NCBI GenBank assembly: GCA_964187785.1
Contig: OZ076409.1
Coordinates: forward strand, 56,856,001 to 56,920,000
Source of the DNA: Amphiscolops sp. MND2022
Lineage: Eukaryota
Reading direction: 5' to 3'
Length of the DNA stretch: 64,000 nt
The position numbers were made by a program, and so were the translations under genes. A model generated the notes under the pieces. That model was not told the DNA's origin and made no database searches. It saw only the letters and a program-made list of their open reading frames with translations. Below are positions 1 through 12,960 of this stretch, piece after piece. Every line of letters starts with the position of its first letter. Within the stretch, counting starts at the first letter, position 1.

Positions 1-1187
1 TTGCCCAAGATGTTCACCTAGCGACCCTAAGTAATATACATGAAAGATACATTGATCGATCCACCACGCGCGGAGTAATGTTTGTTCAAGGCACGCGGGG
101 CCGGACGCGCGGGCCCGACCGATAAAAGACATTTGACTTTGGCTTGTAATACCTCAAACGAACCGGAATAACGAATATAGTCGATTGGTAATAAGAACGG
201 AACAGTATTTGTAACCCATGCGGGGTAACCGCCTTAAGTAAACAAACTATACGCATATCATGTAACGCGAAGACCATTGACCCTAGGATGAGATAACGTG
301 GCATATAGCAACCTTGGACGAGGACAAATAACTTCAAGGTCACAGACGAACCTCAAGGTCATTTGAGATGCAGTCCCTGAACATTGAGAAACGTACGGTA
401 GAACAGGTAAATCAGCGTCGTTGAGCGATAATTTATGCATTTCAGTCAGGCGAGAGAATTCGCGATGCATTGCGCCCAAAAGGACGGAAAAGTACCCCTT
501 ACGCGTAGAGAGCATGTAAACCATGTAACTGAAGGTCATTGAAAGATTGCCTCGATATTAGAAATATCTCGGGTGACTTGAATTATTATTGAAATGTGAA
601 CTTGGTACAACCATTGTTGAATTATTTGTCGTTGGCGGCGAAGAATGTTTGACCGAAAAATTACTAGGGCGTTTGCTATGCCATAAACGGAATATGTAAA
701 TATGAAGGTAAAAACAATGGTAAATTGAAACACCGACGCCATACAAGAGAAATGTCAAAAACGAGGTGGAACCAAATGATAATTGAATAGACACAACCGA
801 GTTAGAGAGCTACAAGCAAGTTGAGCCTCGAGACGGGGGCAAGAAACTTGGCTTCGCTAAAAGAACTGGTTTGTCGTTAGCTCTAGAGATAGAAATTCTA
901 CAAGTCCGGGACTTGCGTTTTGCGCTTTGAATTAGTTGGCTGAATCGCGAATAGTTGTTAACTATTGTTGTTAAAGAACCAGATTTGACTTTCTTTATAA
1001 AAATTAATTCGATTATTACTTCAACTTTTTTAGTCAATTCAAGAGAGCAGAATAACTTGAGTACTGGAGAGACTTTGGATAAGCGAGAACACGATAGAAA
1101 AACCGAACTTACTCACCAAAAATACTTTTTCTGATAGAGTTAGATTCTTGGGAATTCTCTCCGCCCTCGAATTCTAAATTTTCTACA
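1..1187 (+). repeat. 5' LTR of element A (partial)
   Basis: Direct repeat of 4923-6109, ends in CA, followed after 1 nt by TGG-PBS; TATAAAA near 996. Confidence 0.9.
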
Positions 1188-1188
1188 G

Positions 1189-1206
1189 TGGCGCTCCTGG
1201 GTGGGC
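1189..1206 (+). promoter_or_regulatory. Primer-binding site, tRNA-Asn-like
   Basis: TGGCGCTCCTGGGTGGGC is complementary to GCCCACCCAGGAGCGCCA, close to the eukaryotic tRNA-Asn 3' end as I recall it (...GCCCACCCAGGGACGCCA). Confidence 0.75.
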
Positions 1207-1273
1207 ATTTCGTTAATTTGCTATCGTGTTACAACTTGTTACTTTGATTTTGCTTTTACTGGCTGTTTGGGAG

Positions 1274-2175
1274 ATGAATCCAAACGAGAAACGAGATTTG
1301 CTGGAAGTGGCCATGCAGGCCGTTGGAAGGGTGCTGAACGATCAGCAGAACCGTATGTTCAGCAATGGAGCACTCAGACCAGATCAATTCCCCTCTGATG
1401 CCTTTCCAAACTGGGTCCAATGGAAATTACACTTCGTTGCAGTGGCAGAGACTAACCGGTGGACCCAAATACAAGCTATTAATGCACTTCCAGTTTGTAT
1501 CAGTGGGAATGCGCTAGATGAGTTTCATGCTGCACCGGCCGAGCTGAAACAGCATGTCAACGGAGAACCAGTCCCCACATTGCAGGCACTCTTTGAACAT
1601 TTGGACAGAGCCTTGGGTGTGCTGCGAAACGACCGACGGGGGAGAAGTGAGTTTGAAGCACTGGCGCAGAAAAGGGATGAGAGCCTCAGGGACTTTGCGC
1701 GCAGAGTGCGGAATACCGGCATGTTGGTGTACGCCAACGTGGATGCTGAACAACGAGATGAACAGTTTCGTGAGCGTTTCGTTGAAGGTTTGTTCAATCC
1801 GGAGCTGCTCGAAGTATTACTAAGAGAAGACAACAGGACCTTCAGGGAGACAGTTGATAGAGCAGTTGCCTTAGAAAATATTGCCGAATCTTTACGCAGC
1901 CGACCCAACAAGCGCGTAGATGCAATCAAGATGACTCAAGAGGCGGGTACAATGAACAGCATCTCGGAGATGAACAAGATGAAACAGCAACTGAAAAGAT
2001 TGACTGATGAAATGAACAGTCTGACAGATATGATGACCCAATTTGTCAAAGGGTGACCCCAGTGCAGTTTGTTGGTGCCTCCCGATCGAAAAAGTCAGTT
2101 CAATGTTATGTGTGCGGGTTAGATGGGCACATTGCAAGGGAATGCACACGAAGAAGAAATCATTTAAACGAATGA
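1274..2175 (+). pseudogene. gag: Gag of element A, one frameshift near 2052
   Basis: ATG 1274; capsid-like segment (LAQKRDESLRDFARRVR); restoring one G at aaagggtga joins it to CYVCGLDGHIAREC (CX2CX4HX4C, 2104-2145); stop 2173-2175. Confidence 0.8.
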
Positions 2176-3322
2176 GGGCCGGGGGACCATCGCAGGAGTT
2201 AATTCTCCCGCGCCAACACGAACCCTTTTACAACCGCAAGCTGAGGAAATTGTGAAAGCTGCAGCAGGGAGGTTAGCTGTAAAAGCAGTTCGCCACGGAG
2301 GCGCCAGTGACCAGTATCTAGACGAACAGATGCACGTGGAAAGATTAGGAGTGGCTTTTGAAACGCTGTCCCCGAGCAACAGCTTTGTTTGGCAACCACG
2401 AACACTTGCGTCGCAAGAGGATAAATTCTGTGCAATACGAGAGCCGGCAACGGCAAGAAGTCATGAACAAGAGAGTTATTTGGAAGTTGTGTTAAACGCG
2501 GACGACTGTTATTGCGAGGCGGCGACTTCTGCTACTGCAAGTGATGATCGAGCTCTAGCGGGACCCCATGGCCCAGCTTTGGGATTCGATGCAGAAGGGA
2601 AGCGTGCGCCTCACAAAGCTGTGATGACGTGTTCTCCATTGACGAGCGACTTTGAAGTGCTTGTTCGGGGTCGAGAGACCGTTGTTGAAGATATAAACTG
2701 GGAACAGGGGCAGTTGACAGAAGTGTTGGTCGTCGAACATCAACACCAGAGACTGATGGAGGAGCGTTGGAATCCAGCAACTTCCGCTGTGAAAGACGTT
2801 GACGATGCAATGATAGATATAATGTTGAAAGCGATTGAAGAGCTCGATGAATCACATGAACTGTCCGAGGAGGATGAAGCAATCATTGACGCTCTATTAG
2901 AAGAATTGGATCTGGAAAACGCAGACCAAGATAGAGGCGGACGGTCTGAGCTTCTTGAATTGGAACGAGTCATTGTACATGGCAATGGTGTTCACAAGAT
3001 GTTGACTGAAAGTGTCTGTGATGTCACCAAGGCAACCGGCAGATCAGAGACGGACATCGAAGCAGAATGGAAGCGCTTCTTCCCAAGTACTGAGGCGAAA
3101 GGCAGTCTTGAGCGACATTGCTGCCACACCCTTGATGAAGCTATCCCCCAACGCCCAGCTCTCACCCAAGAAGGCGATTCTGGGTACCCCACAGGAAGCG
3201 TTGTAGACGCAGAACGGAAGATCAGCAAAAGGGATTGCAACGACGGAGTTGGCCGACCCACCGAAAGCATGGCAGATGGAAAGCTGTCAAACAGATGGGA
3301 CAACCGCCGCAGCTGCAACTGA
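2168..3322 (+). CDS. ORF2 of element A, acidic protein of unknown function in the position of pol
   Basis: Frame open 2168-3322 (about 385 codons); Glu/Asp-rich; no D[ST]G, YxDD or DDE motif seen. Confidence 0.55.
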   Translation, partial: TNEGRGTIAGVNSPAPTRTLLQPQAEEIVKAAAGRLAVKAVRHGGASDQYLDEQMHVERLGVAFETLSPSNSFVWQPRTLASQEDKFCAIREPATARSHEQESYLEVVLNADDCYCEAATSATASDDRALAGPHGPALGFDAEGKRAPHKAVMTCSPLTSDFEVLVRGRETVVEDINWEQGQLTEVLVVEHQHQRLMEERWNPATSAVKDVDDAMIDIMLKAIEELDESHELSEEDEAIIDALLEELDLENADQDRGGRSELLELERVIVHGNGVHKMLTESVCDVTKATGRSETDIEAEWKRFFPSTEAKGSLERHCCHTLDEAIPQRPALTQEGDSGYPTGSVVDAERKISKRDCNDGVGRPTESMADGKLSNRWDNRRSCN

Positions 3323-4206
3323 GATCAGATGGGGCACGTCGCTGGCGCAGTCAGAGGAAGAGAGTAAAGTGGAAAAGCGGAAAGCGAGCTGACGGCAAAG
3401 CGTGCCACCCAGACGACGCGGCGATGTACGTGAAACTCCATCCACCGAACACTTGAGTAATAAATTTGACAAAACTGAATAGGAAACACTAACCTTTTCC
3501 TTTTATATTCATTTGTTAAATAAGTATATTTCTTGCTGTCGGGCAGATTGAAGTTCGCCGATGCTAAGTTATGCAAGAAGATGAGACTGTTTCGATTTTT
3601 TCAAGAGTAACCTTGCTTGGACTCGAGGCCAAACTTCGAAGAACCTGTTTCTTGTTTTTAGTTTCTTTTTCTTTAAATTTTCCGACCCAACCCTGACCCC
3701 AACCAGTTTTTATTATTGGTGCTTCCACAAACATACCCACACCCTTAATCCCCTGTTGCGATTCTCACTAAAGTGCTACTCGTTTAGTAGCGCGTGAAAA
3801 AACCAACGGATGAAAATAATTTCAGGTAGGTTTTATGAATAATTAAATAGAATGAATTAGAGAATAATAGTGTTATTCAATAGAAGTTCAATTCTATAAA
3901 GAATGATATTTTTCAAGATTTTAGATTTTTGCTTTTCCTATATTTCAGTTTTTCCCAATAGGTTTTATTGTTGATCTTATTTAGTATAATGGCGCTATTA
4001 CGTTTACTAGTGTTCGATACGCCTATTTTGTTTTTTGATGTTTTACTGTTTTACTATTTGGCCATTATTGTAGATTTCATCAACGGTGGTGCTAATGAAG
4101 TTTTTGACCAATGCCCAACCCATTATCAAAACGTGTAAGTTTAACCCAGATCCCACGGTTCAGCCAACGAAAGCGACGTCAAGTTTTTTCGTGAGAATAA
4201 AAGTCC

Positions 4207-4218
4207 AGAAGGGAAGAG
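4207..4218 (+). promoter_or_regulatory. Polypurine tract of element A
   Basis: AGAAGGGAAGAG immediately before TGTGGAATTTTTGAATT, an imperfect inverted match to the LTR end AATTCTAAATTTTCTACA. Confidence 0.8.
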
Positions 4219-6109
4219 TGTGGAATTTTTGAATTTTTGGCGTTTTAGAAAAATCCTAACATTTTTGCGCGAAGTACATACGATAGACAGAACTATGTTG
4301 ATTATGTTTTTAGACCTCCGGAATAGTGAAAACAGCTGAAACGGCTGGCAATAGCATGCTTCGATATGGCTTATTTGGCAAACTATGTATTTACTTAGTT
4401 AAGGAAACTTTTTAGGCAAAAATTAATGAGTTAGTGATTGGCGTCAGCGATGAAATGACTCGAATCGGCTAAGTCAGAGTCAATCTCTGAGAGCGAATTT
4501 TACTAAGTCCCACTTAAGAGCGAAAATATTCTTAGATACCACCCAGGAAAACCAAGTGTGACAAAAGCGAAAACCCCCCCAGTCAGGTTTTTCTCAAAGA
4601 TTATGAATCGTAGAGACCTGAAATTTGGCACACGTATACCTGAGCTGTCATGCTACGGATCTTTGAAAACAGAACCGAGCTGAGGCCCCCCAGCCCCGGG
4701 CTACTAGCACCGGAAGTGACCTAGGTCGACCCCCCCCATGAACTCGTCGGCGAAGCACGAAATAAGTCATATAAAATATGGAATTGATAGCCCATAGGAT
4801 ATTAGGCCGTTTGCGCATATTTTCGAAACCCTACGTCGCGCGTAGGAGGAGCACGGACCTTATGTAAAAAAAACACGGACTGTTATGTAAATAGCCAAGA
4901 GATGACCCGAAGATCATGAAACTTGCCCAAAATGTTCACCTAGCGACCCTAAGTAATATACATGAAAGATACATTGATCGATCCACCACGCGCGGAGTAA
5001 TGTTTGTTCAAGGCACGCGGGGCCGGACGCGCAGGCCCGACCGATAAAAGACATTTGACCTTGGCTTGTAATACCTCAAACGAACCGGAATAACGAATAT
5101 AGTCGATTGGTAATAAGAACGGAACAGTATTTGTAACCCATGCGGGTTAACCGCCTTAAGTAAACAAACTATACGCATATCATGTAACGCGAAGACCATT
5201 GACCCTAGGATGATATAACGTGGCATATAGCAACCTTGGACGAGGACAAATAACTTCAAGGTCACAGACGAACCTCAAGGTCATTTGAGATGCAGTCCCT
5301 GAACATTGAGAAACGTACGATAGAACAGGTAAATCAGCGTCGTTGAGCGATAATTTATGCATTTCAGTCAGGCGAGAGAATTCGCGATGCATTGCGCCCA
5401 AAAGGACGGAAAAGTACCCCTTACGCGTAGAGAGCATGTAAACCATGTAACTGAAGGTCATTGAACGATTGCCTCGATATTAGAAATATCTCGGGTGACT
5501 TGAATTATTATTGAAATGTGAACTTGGTACAACCATTGTTGAATGATTTGTCGTTGGCGGCGAAGAATGTTTGACCGAAAAATTACTAGGGCGTTTGCTA
5601 TGCCATAAACGGAATATGTAAATATGAAGGTAAAAACAATGGTAAATTGAAACACCGACGCCATACAAGAGAAATGTCAAAAACGAGGTGGAACCAAATG
5701 ATAATTGAATAGACACAACCGAGTTAGAGAGCTACAAGCAAGTTGAGCCTCGAGACGGGGGCAAGAAACTTGGCTTCGCTAAAAGAACTGGTTTGTCGTT
5801 AGCTCTAGAGATAGAAATTCTACAAGTCCGGGACTTGCGTTTTGCGCTTTGAATTAGTTGGCTGAATCGCGAATAGTTGTTAACTATTGTTGTTAAAGAA
5901 CCAGATTTGACTTTCTTTATAAAAATTAATTCGATTATTACTTCAACTTTTTTAGTCAATTCAAGAGAGCAGAATAACTTGAGTACTGGAGAGACTTTGG
6001 ATAAGCGAGAACACGATAGAAAAACCGAACTTACTCACCAAAAATACTTTTTCTGATAGAGTTAGATTCTTGGGAATTCTCTCCGCCCTCGAATTCTAAA
6101 TTTTCTACA
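4219..6109 (+). repeat. 3' LTR of element A (about 1891 bp)
   Basis: TG...CA termini with imperfect inverted repeat; 4923-6109 matches 1-1187. The start is inferred from the PPT. Confidence 0.85.
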
Positions 6110-8739
6110 GCTTGCCATTGCTGAATTCCTATTACTTTTTGTTCTCATTTTTGCTCATTATTTCGATTTCAAACGCCGTTCAATTGAACAAAAGTCTTTT
6201 CAAAGGTTGTTTTAATCAATCCTGAATCATGAAAAAAGTTTAAATGTTTTCATCTCGTGTTTTATGAGTGCTCCATACTCTCAGATTTTAATATTTTTCT
6301 ACATTAGTCTATGTTCCATTGTAGAATGATAGCAATGACAGCTAAAGTTTGTGATTTTTTAGTAGGCGCTTTATGATAAAAATGTGACTCTTATAATGGC
6401 TTTTCGTCGTGCCTTTTGTTTCAATCCGGTCGAAGATACCATAAACTTCAACTGTCTAGCTTTTGCTCATTTGCAAACTATGAAAATGATTTTTAACATG
6501 TATTCCAAATGACAGAAAACTTGTAATCAAAACGAAACATTGTAATAAATTATATATTCTTCACTAAGTTTATGAAAAACTGAAGTTTTCAGTTGGCAAC
6601 TTGATGATTGTAGTCTTGGCTTTGGTTTGAAACATGTGTTAACACTTATCAAAGAAAGTGAAACAATTGAAGATAACACGAAACGGGAAACATCTTTTCA
6701 TCCTCATTCAAATACGAACGCCTTCATTTTCAAGTTGAGAACTAGAAGCATTCTTTGATAGAATCTCGAGTGTGAAAAAACCAGTTTGGAATTGTTCAAA
6801 GAACTTGATTTCATACAACGCAGAGTAAAAAATATAAAAGCATAGTCAAAATTTGAGACCACCAAAAACAGCGGAGTTTAGGAAAGTTTTGAAAGTCACT
6901 GGAATCAAATTCGCGTTCTTTGAATATTTGTCCAAAAAGAAGTCGTTGGGATTTTTTGATTTTTTGTTCTTTAGAATTCAACATATCGAACTTTCTGATA
7001 TCTAACAAAAAATAAGCGGAACAGTTTTTTAAAGTTCGCGAAGCATCACTTGAGCGCATGAAAAAACGATAAAAATAGTATGACGCAAAAATTGGTGACT
7101 GAAACGAAGTGTCAATGACCTTGACAAACAATGGACTGGAGTCTCATTTGGCTTGCTTTAAGAAACCTTTTTAGCCGACCATTGAAGCATCTAAGCATTT
7201 AGGTTTTATTGTTACCGATTACAGCTGGAAGTAATTTCAATTTGCCTCAAGTCAAGTTCTTTGTTTCAATGCTTACAGAAATGTTACGATGAAAATAATG
7301 ATTAGTTTTTTTTTATTTACGCCTGATTTTTCAATCTGTTTTTTTTTGTAAAAAAAAGTGCCCGGCTATTAACTGGACTCGTTTTTTCCTCCAGACTAGT
7401 GTCCAAGACAAAAGTGTTTTTTCCTCCAAGACAAAGTGTCCCTCTTCGGATTTTTGCTCCGCTTCTTTGTGAGATTTGTTTTGATGCTTTGCAACATCGA
7501 GGAACCTAAAGAGCCCATTGACTTCTTTTTTCTATATATTCGAGGATGTAGAAAATATTTCGGGCTTTTCTACAAATCATTTCAAAATGAAATTGAAGAA
7601 CTTTGAAATTTTGGAGTCTTCAGTCGTTGTGAGCTTGTCAATTCCATGAAGGTTCGTTACCTTGGCTTCGGATAAATATGAATCGGAACTAAAACTAAAG
7701 AAATCAATATAGAATTGTTGGCAAAAATGTGCTTACTTTATTGCGTTTTTCAAAGCTGAGATCATCTAAAAAGTAGCGAAGTTTCAACTGTCTGAAATCT
7801 GCAACTTAAGTTTTTTAAATAAAGGATTTTTTCACAATGACAGACCTTTTCGATTTTTTAAACATGAGCTGATCATCAAAACAGTTTGTGATTACATCTT
7901 TTTTCACTCGTCTTAAAATTAACAACGGCTTAGCGTATATTTCACATCCGTTCTATTCAATGTTTAAAATAGAGTACATTTGATTACAACTTTGTGAGGA
8001 AAATTAACAGGAACCCAAGATCAAATTACTTCCGGATTGAATCCACATAAGTCCTCTCTGAAGCGTTTCTATCTTGGCTGCCTAATGGATTCGATCCCAC
8101 GTCATTGGACGGAGAGACGGCTGAACGAAAACAAAATGTGAGGGGATGAAAGTCACCATTAAAAGAATGCCCTAGCTAAGTGCTAATGAGATTAAGTAAT
8201 CTATTCATCTCCAGACAAGCCTAAGGGTTTTTCAAAACTAGATTTCACGGAAAAATGACAAAAAATTAATTTTTAGGAAAATGAACAGAGAATAAACAAG
8301 CCTTTTGCGATTGCTTTGTTTTTTTTGTCAATGTGTTTGTACTATACGAGACACGAAAAAAACACCGTGTTCATCTATTTGATTAATAATACCATGGGAT
8401 AACGGCCCGTATAATAATACCATGTATGCCATTCACCTTCATATGTACCTTGTGTCTTTTTATCACTTTCTAAAAGTTGAAACAATATTTCTATACACAT
8501 GAAACTAAGAAAACTAGATCTCCTTGACGAAATGCATTCGATCAGTAAGTACCTTCATCTAGAAACCTGATTACTTTTAATGGTCGACTTTTTGGGACCG
8601 TTTGCAAAAAACACCCATGCTGAGGTTCCATCAATACTAATTCATTGCTTCTACGGTGCGTCTATGGAACATTTATTTGAAAAGTTTTCTATTCACACTC
8701 AATAGATTTCCATTTTAAGAAACTTTTAAACTCTTGCAT

Positions 8740-9523
8740 TGTAACGGCAAGCTGTGGCACAGCAATATCAACCGATTTTGCAACTTTGACATGTTCAGAA
8801 ATTTTGTCAAGAATTCTAATCCGATGTGTGACGTGGCAGTGAGCATGTGATTGCTCTTTTCGCTGTTTCCACGAAATTGGCAGGTACTTCGACAACAAAG
8901 AGCAAGAACGAGCAAAAACACGGGCGCGCCGCCATGACAGAAGCCAGAGACGGCAAGAACATCTGAAAATAGACTCTTTTTGATGTGCTAACCCCGGTTT
9001 TTATCGATTTTCAGCATTATGCTACCCTATGTAGCAGAAACCGGTAAAATGAGTCTTTTTGCTTAATTGTCCTTGTTTGGTGCTTGGAGCCCCTGCGCCC
9101 CAGCTTTTTAGCTGTGTGGTTTGCCATTCCGATGTGTGCTTTGATGTATTTTTGCTGGATTTAGCCGTTTGAACTAGCGCTAGCGCTAGTTTGTGCAATA
9201 TTTGATCTTATTCCCCATTTTAGATATTATTCCGATATCAGATGGAAAATGGAATTTTACACTGTTTATTCTTGGCATTGTTTTTAAAGGCTGTCTAAAC
9301 GGTGGTCCCAGGCAAAGGGCCGAGACGGATGCCCGTTATTCTCAGCAGTTACAGACTGGGACCAGGCCAGAAAGCGTCCTACAAGACGGTTCCCCCACCT
9401 TGGGACTGGCTCCTTCGGAGGGAAAATGAGCTAGGGCTGCGGAGATCTAGGTCCCGGATCCTATTCGCTGTTCTAGTTCCTCCATTCTAAGTTGCGGTTC
9501 AAGCGCCAGCGCTTATTGTTACA
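8740..9523 (+). repeat. 5' LTR of element B (784 bp)
   Basis: About 99% direct repeat of 16293-17077; TGTAAC/GTTACA termini. Confidence 0.92.
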
Positions 9524-9538
9524 TAGAAACTCGTTTTT

Positions 9539-9556
9539 TGGCGACCACAGAGGGAT
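9539..9556 (+). promoter_or_regulatory. PBS, tRNA-Arg(TCG)-like, 15 nt downstream of the LTR
   Basis: TGGCGACCACAGAGGGAT resembles the complement of the tRNA-Arg(TCG) 3' end as recalled (TGGCGACCACGAAGGGA). Confidence 0.65.
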
Positions 9557-11429
9557 CGTCTTGGGAGGCTTTCCCTAGCGGTTTTTAAAACATCTGGCCC
9601 CCTGGTGTTTGACGCCAAGAACGATTGGACTCTGGAAGGAGACGTTTACCCAGAGTTTTTCCACACTTTTTAGATATTATAATGTTATATTTTGGTATTT
9701 TTCCATTCTTTCAGGGGATTTTTCCGAGTACCTTTGGTATGTTTTGATAACAGGTACTTGTTGACAGATAAAGTCTAAAATGGCAAGGTTCCCATCAGCG
9801 GGTCCTCTTTTTAGAAGCGTAGTGGACAGTAGCACGTCGCTACTGGTGTTAAACAGGTTTTTCTAGCTGTTTTCAGTGATTTGCGCTTATGTACGAGAGG
9901 TGAAATTGATGGTTGAACCACAATCCATCCGATCGATAGATGAGCCGAAACGAGTGTTCCCGACTCACCTCTCTCATTTCTCCTACAGACGTCATAGAAG
10001 GATCGGATTTGGTGGAAAGGTAGAACAAGTGCTAACGTTGCCGACGGTGCAAACCGTTTTTCTCTGGCTGGTCTGGATGTTGAGATAAAAGACGGCGAAG
10101 GTACCACCCCTCAATCCGGAAAAATCGACATTTTGGAGTGTGGTATGAAAAATTTTTTCGATTGCGTACTTTTTGATGAGGAATCGTTTGGTCAGGTTAG
10201 TTCTTCCGTATTGCAACTCAGTGTGTGCTTTTGCAGCTGTTTTCAGTGAGAAAAGTCCGATTTTAGGTGCAAAACTAGAAAAAACGTCGTTTTTGGCATT
10301 TTTGAGTGTTTTCCGTAATACGAGCGCGAGCGCTCAAAGTATTAGCCACAGAAGTTGCAAAAATGGTTGTAAAGCAGCTCAAAACCTCTAGAGTGCTGCT
10401 ACATAACGTAACGAGTACCAGAAAAGCCGTTGGAAACCTTTTTGAGACGTATTTTGCACGAAAAAACTCGGTTTTTAGCGAAATTGGCAAAAAACCACTA
10501 TGAAATGCCACTGGGAGAGTGCTAGATTGTGATGAAACTGCCTCTTCCGGGCTGCTGTTAGTTTGGGGCCTACTCCACAGTACCAAAAATAGGATTTAAG
10601 AAAGTTTGTAACGTCTTCTTAGTGAGAACAGGTCGAAAAACCTTGATTTTTGGCCAGTTTCAGGAGTGCCAGAGTGCATCATTAAAACCTCTGGGGCACT
10701 CAAGGTTTTCGTAACCTGGGAGCTTGCGCGCTCTCTTTTTCTGTTTTTGTAGTAAAAATAACGCGTGGTGGTGAAAACCGCGTGTAAAAATTCCCATTCA
10801 GTGCTGAGAAAAGTGGAAAAACGCACTCAATTTGACCAATTTTCCACAAAACCGGACTGTCTCTGAGCTAGGGTCGGGTCATCGATTCCTGAACCCTAGC
10901 CAAAAAGTGGTTACATTTTCGTAACCGCCACCAAAATAAACGCTAGTGCCGAAAATTTGGTGAGCGTATCGCTCACCAAAGTCGAGAAAAGCTCTCTGAC
11001 GTTTTGACTTCAGAGCAGCGCAAAAAGCCGAAAAAAATCCAAAACTGTAGGACTGTCAGTGCCTTATACCTAACGGGCACAACCCATTGAGGGTTTATCC
11101 CAGTGCAGCGGACAGTGGGCAACACGGTGGTCCCTTTTTGCCAGCCGTATCACTTCCTGAGGTGATCCTCTTAGTCAATTTGTGAGAAAAGTAGTCGAAA
11201 ACAGTGTTTTTCGCGTGCAACGTCCATACCGGGTCGAAACCTTAAATAAGCGCTCGCGCTTCAATTCGACCATATCAGTGGCATTATAGGTGCCCACTGG
11301 CATAGACTACCAAGTTTGGTGCCGATCTGTGTGATACTTGTTGAGAAAATAAGAAAAACGTGGCACCCAAAAAGGTGCGCAAAAAGGCAGTTTTTTCTTA
11401 ATTTTTCCGAGTAACCCGGGTACCTTAGT

Positions 11430-12960
11430 CGACGGGTGGGGCTATATTGCAGCCCACCATCGTAATTTCGTAATTTGTGCTGGTTTCTACGTTGCTGCAG
11501 AGACTTTGAGCTTGCTAGCTCATTCCAGTGGACCGCAATCTTGAAAAAGACGTGAAAAACAGTGCATTTCGGTACATAGTGGTACCGCACGTCTGTACCT
11601 AGGTGAAACGGTGTAGAAGGGGCGCAGCTCAAAACTGTGTTCACTTTCGTAAACTTACGTGTACCTAAGAGCTGCTGGTTAATTTTGGGCTTGATACGGC
11701 GCTTCCAGCGCACATACGAGCCTTCTGAGTGTTGTTGTGCGATTTTTGGAATTTCCAAAAATTCTTTGAAACTCTTCCTGTGGGTGACTGAAGACTTTTT
11801 GTCCCAGACCAGGTTGATTTTCTGGCCCAGTGTGCTTGTGGGAAAGCGCTGTGCAAATTTGAACAGCCTACGAGCCTTAGAACGTGTTTTGAAAAATCTT
11901 GGACGTTGAAAAACATCAATTTTCTTAAGTCCTCACCGAGACGAACAGAGAGATCCAAATCCTTGCTCGCCAAATTTAGGGTCAATTGGTACTGTATCTG
12001 TTGAGGAATTGACTAAAACAAATCGTACAAGAAGGTGCACAAGAAGGTGCGAATTCTACGAAGTCTTGTGGGATTGCCTGAACACCTTATTCAAAGAGTG
12101 GGGCCAAATTGCTGCCCACTATCGTGACCAGTGCAAGTTTATCGTATTGTTGCCGAAAAAACGAGCGTGAGCGCTCTTTGCAGTTCGCCAGAATCTGGGT
12201 TGACACGTGAAAAACAGTACATCTTGGAACACAGTGATACCGAACGTCTGTACTGTGTTGAAATTTCACCTAAACACCTCAGCACCAATCAGTTATTACT
12301 CCCTTGTACCTCAATCTACGTGGGGTTGTGTGGTTGATTTCGAAGCCGATCCTGCGTTTCTAGCGTTAGCGCTAGCCACTTGAGTTTGTTTCAAGTGAAT
12401 CTGAAAAACCCGAAAAATAAAAAAAAACCTCTGAACTGTGACTGCATCCCAATACCCCGATTCGGGATTCTCTTTTCAAGTCAGTGTATCAGTCCTGAAG
12501 TGCTGTATACGTTTCAGCTAGCTAGGACTCTTGGAATTACTTTCGTCCTGCTGGATCATAGCATTTTGTGACTTGAAGTTGTGATATCCCTTGTATTGTA
12601 ACGACTTGGACCATCTTTTGTTGGAACTGTCGGCGCACCTTATTGGAAAGTTGGGATAACTTTGCCCTGGACTATTCCTATTGGTGTCAGTTGGTGCACC
12701 GTTGCTGAAAAAAAAAGAGCTCGAGAGCTCAGCACTGTGGACGAGAGTCTTTGATTGCATGCGAAAAATCGTGTCAATCGAGACGCGGTGATACGGAACG
12801 TCCGTACCAGATCTAAATCTTGCCCAGTGGTCTGAATTCTTATTGTTTTTGTAGTGTAGCTGACTGTACGTGTGATCGCGTGATCAATTTTGAGCCCGAA
12901 ATCACGTTTCCAGCACTTGAACAAGCCACTTGAGTAATTTTCAGAAAAAAGTTGAAAAAT
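11430..12960. repeat. Three diverged internal repeats in element B (spacing about 655 and 554 bp)
   Basis: Shared core at 11551 (cgtgaaaaac...gtggtaccgcacgtctgtacc), 12206 (cgtgaaaaac...gtgataccgaacgtctgtact) and 12760 (tgcgaaaaat...gtgatacggaacgtccgtacc), with alignable flanks. Confidence 0.7.

Larger units (their letters stand above)
1..6109 (+). mobile_element. LTR retrotransposon A, non-autonomous (gag + unknown ORF2, no pol); 5' end lies outside the window
   Basis: 1-1187 repeats at 4923-6109 (about 8 substitutions by eye); both copies end ...ttttctaCA; PBS after the first copy, PPT before the second; gag-like ORF with CCHC knuckle; no protease, RT or integrase motif in the 3-kb interior. 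Confidence 0.9.

Noticed and set aside
86..1037. Short minus-strand ORFs repeated at 5008-5959
   Set aside because: They recur only because they lie in the LTRs; non-ATG starts and no motifs.
2048..2058. Programmed frameshift inside gag of A
   Set aside because: Better explained as a 1-bp loss in a G-run; several frameshifts in this window fall in homopolymers and may be decay or assembly error.
3680..3710. FRPNPDPNQF resembling the pol C-terminus of C (LRPNPNPNF)
   Set aside because: Short low-complexity match with no surrounding integrase similarity.
7436..7710. Coding-like minus-strand frame (DSYLSEAKVTNLHGIDK...)
   Set aside because: Two in-frame stops, no clear splice sites and no recognisable family.
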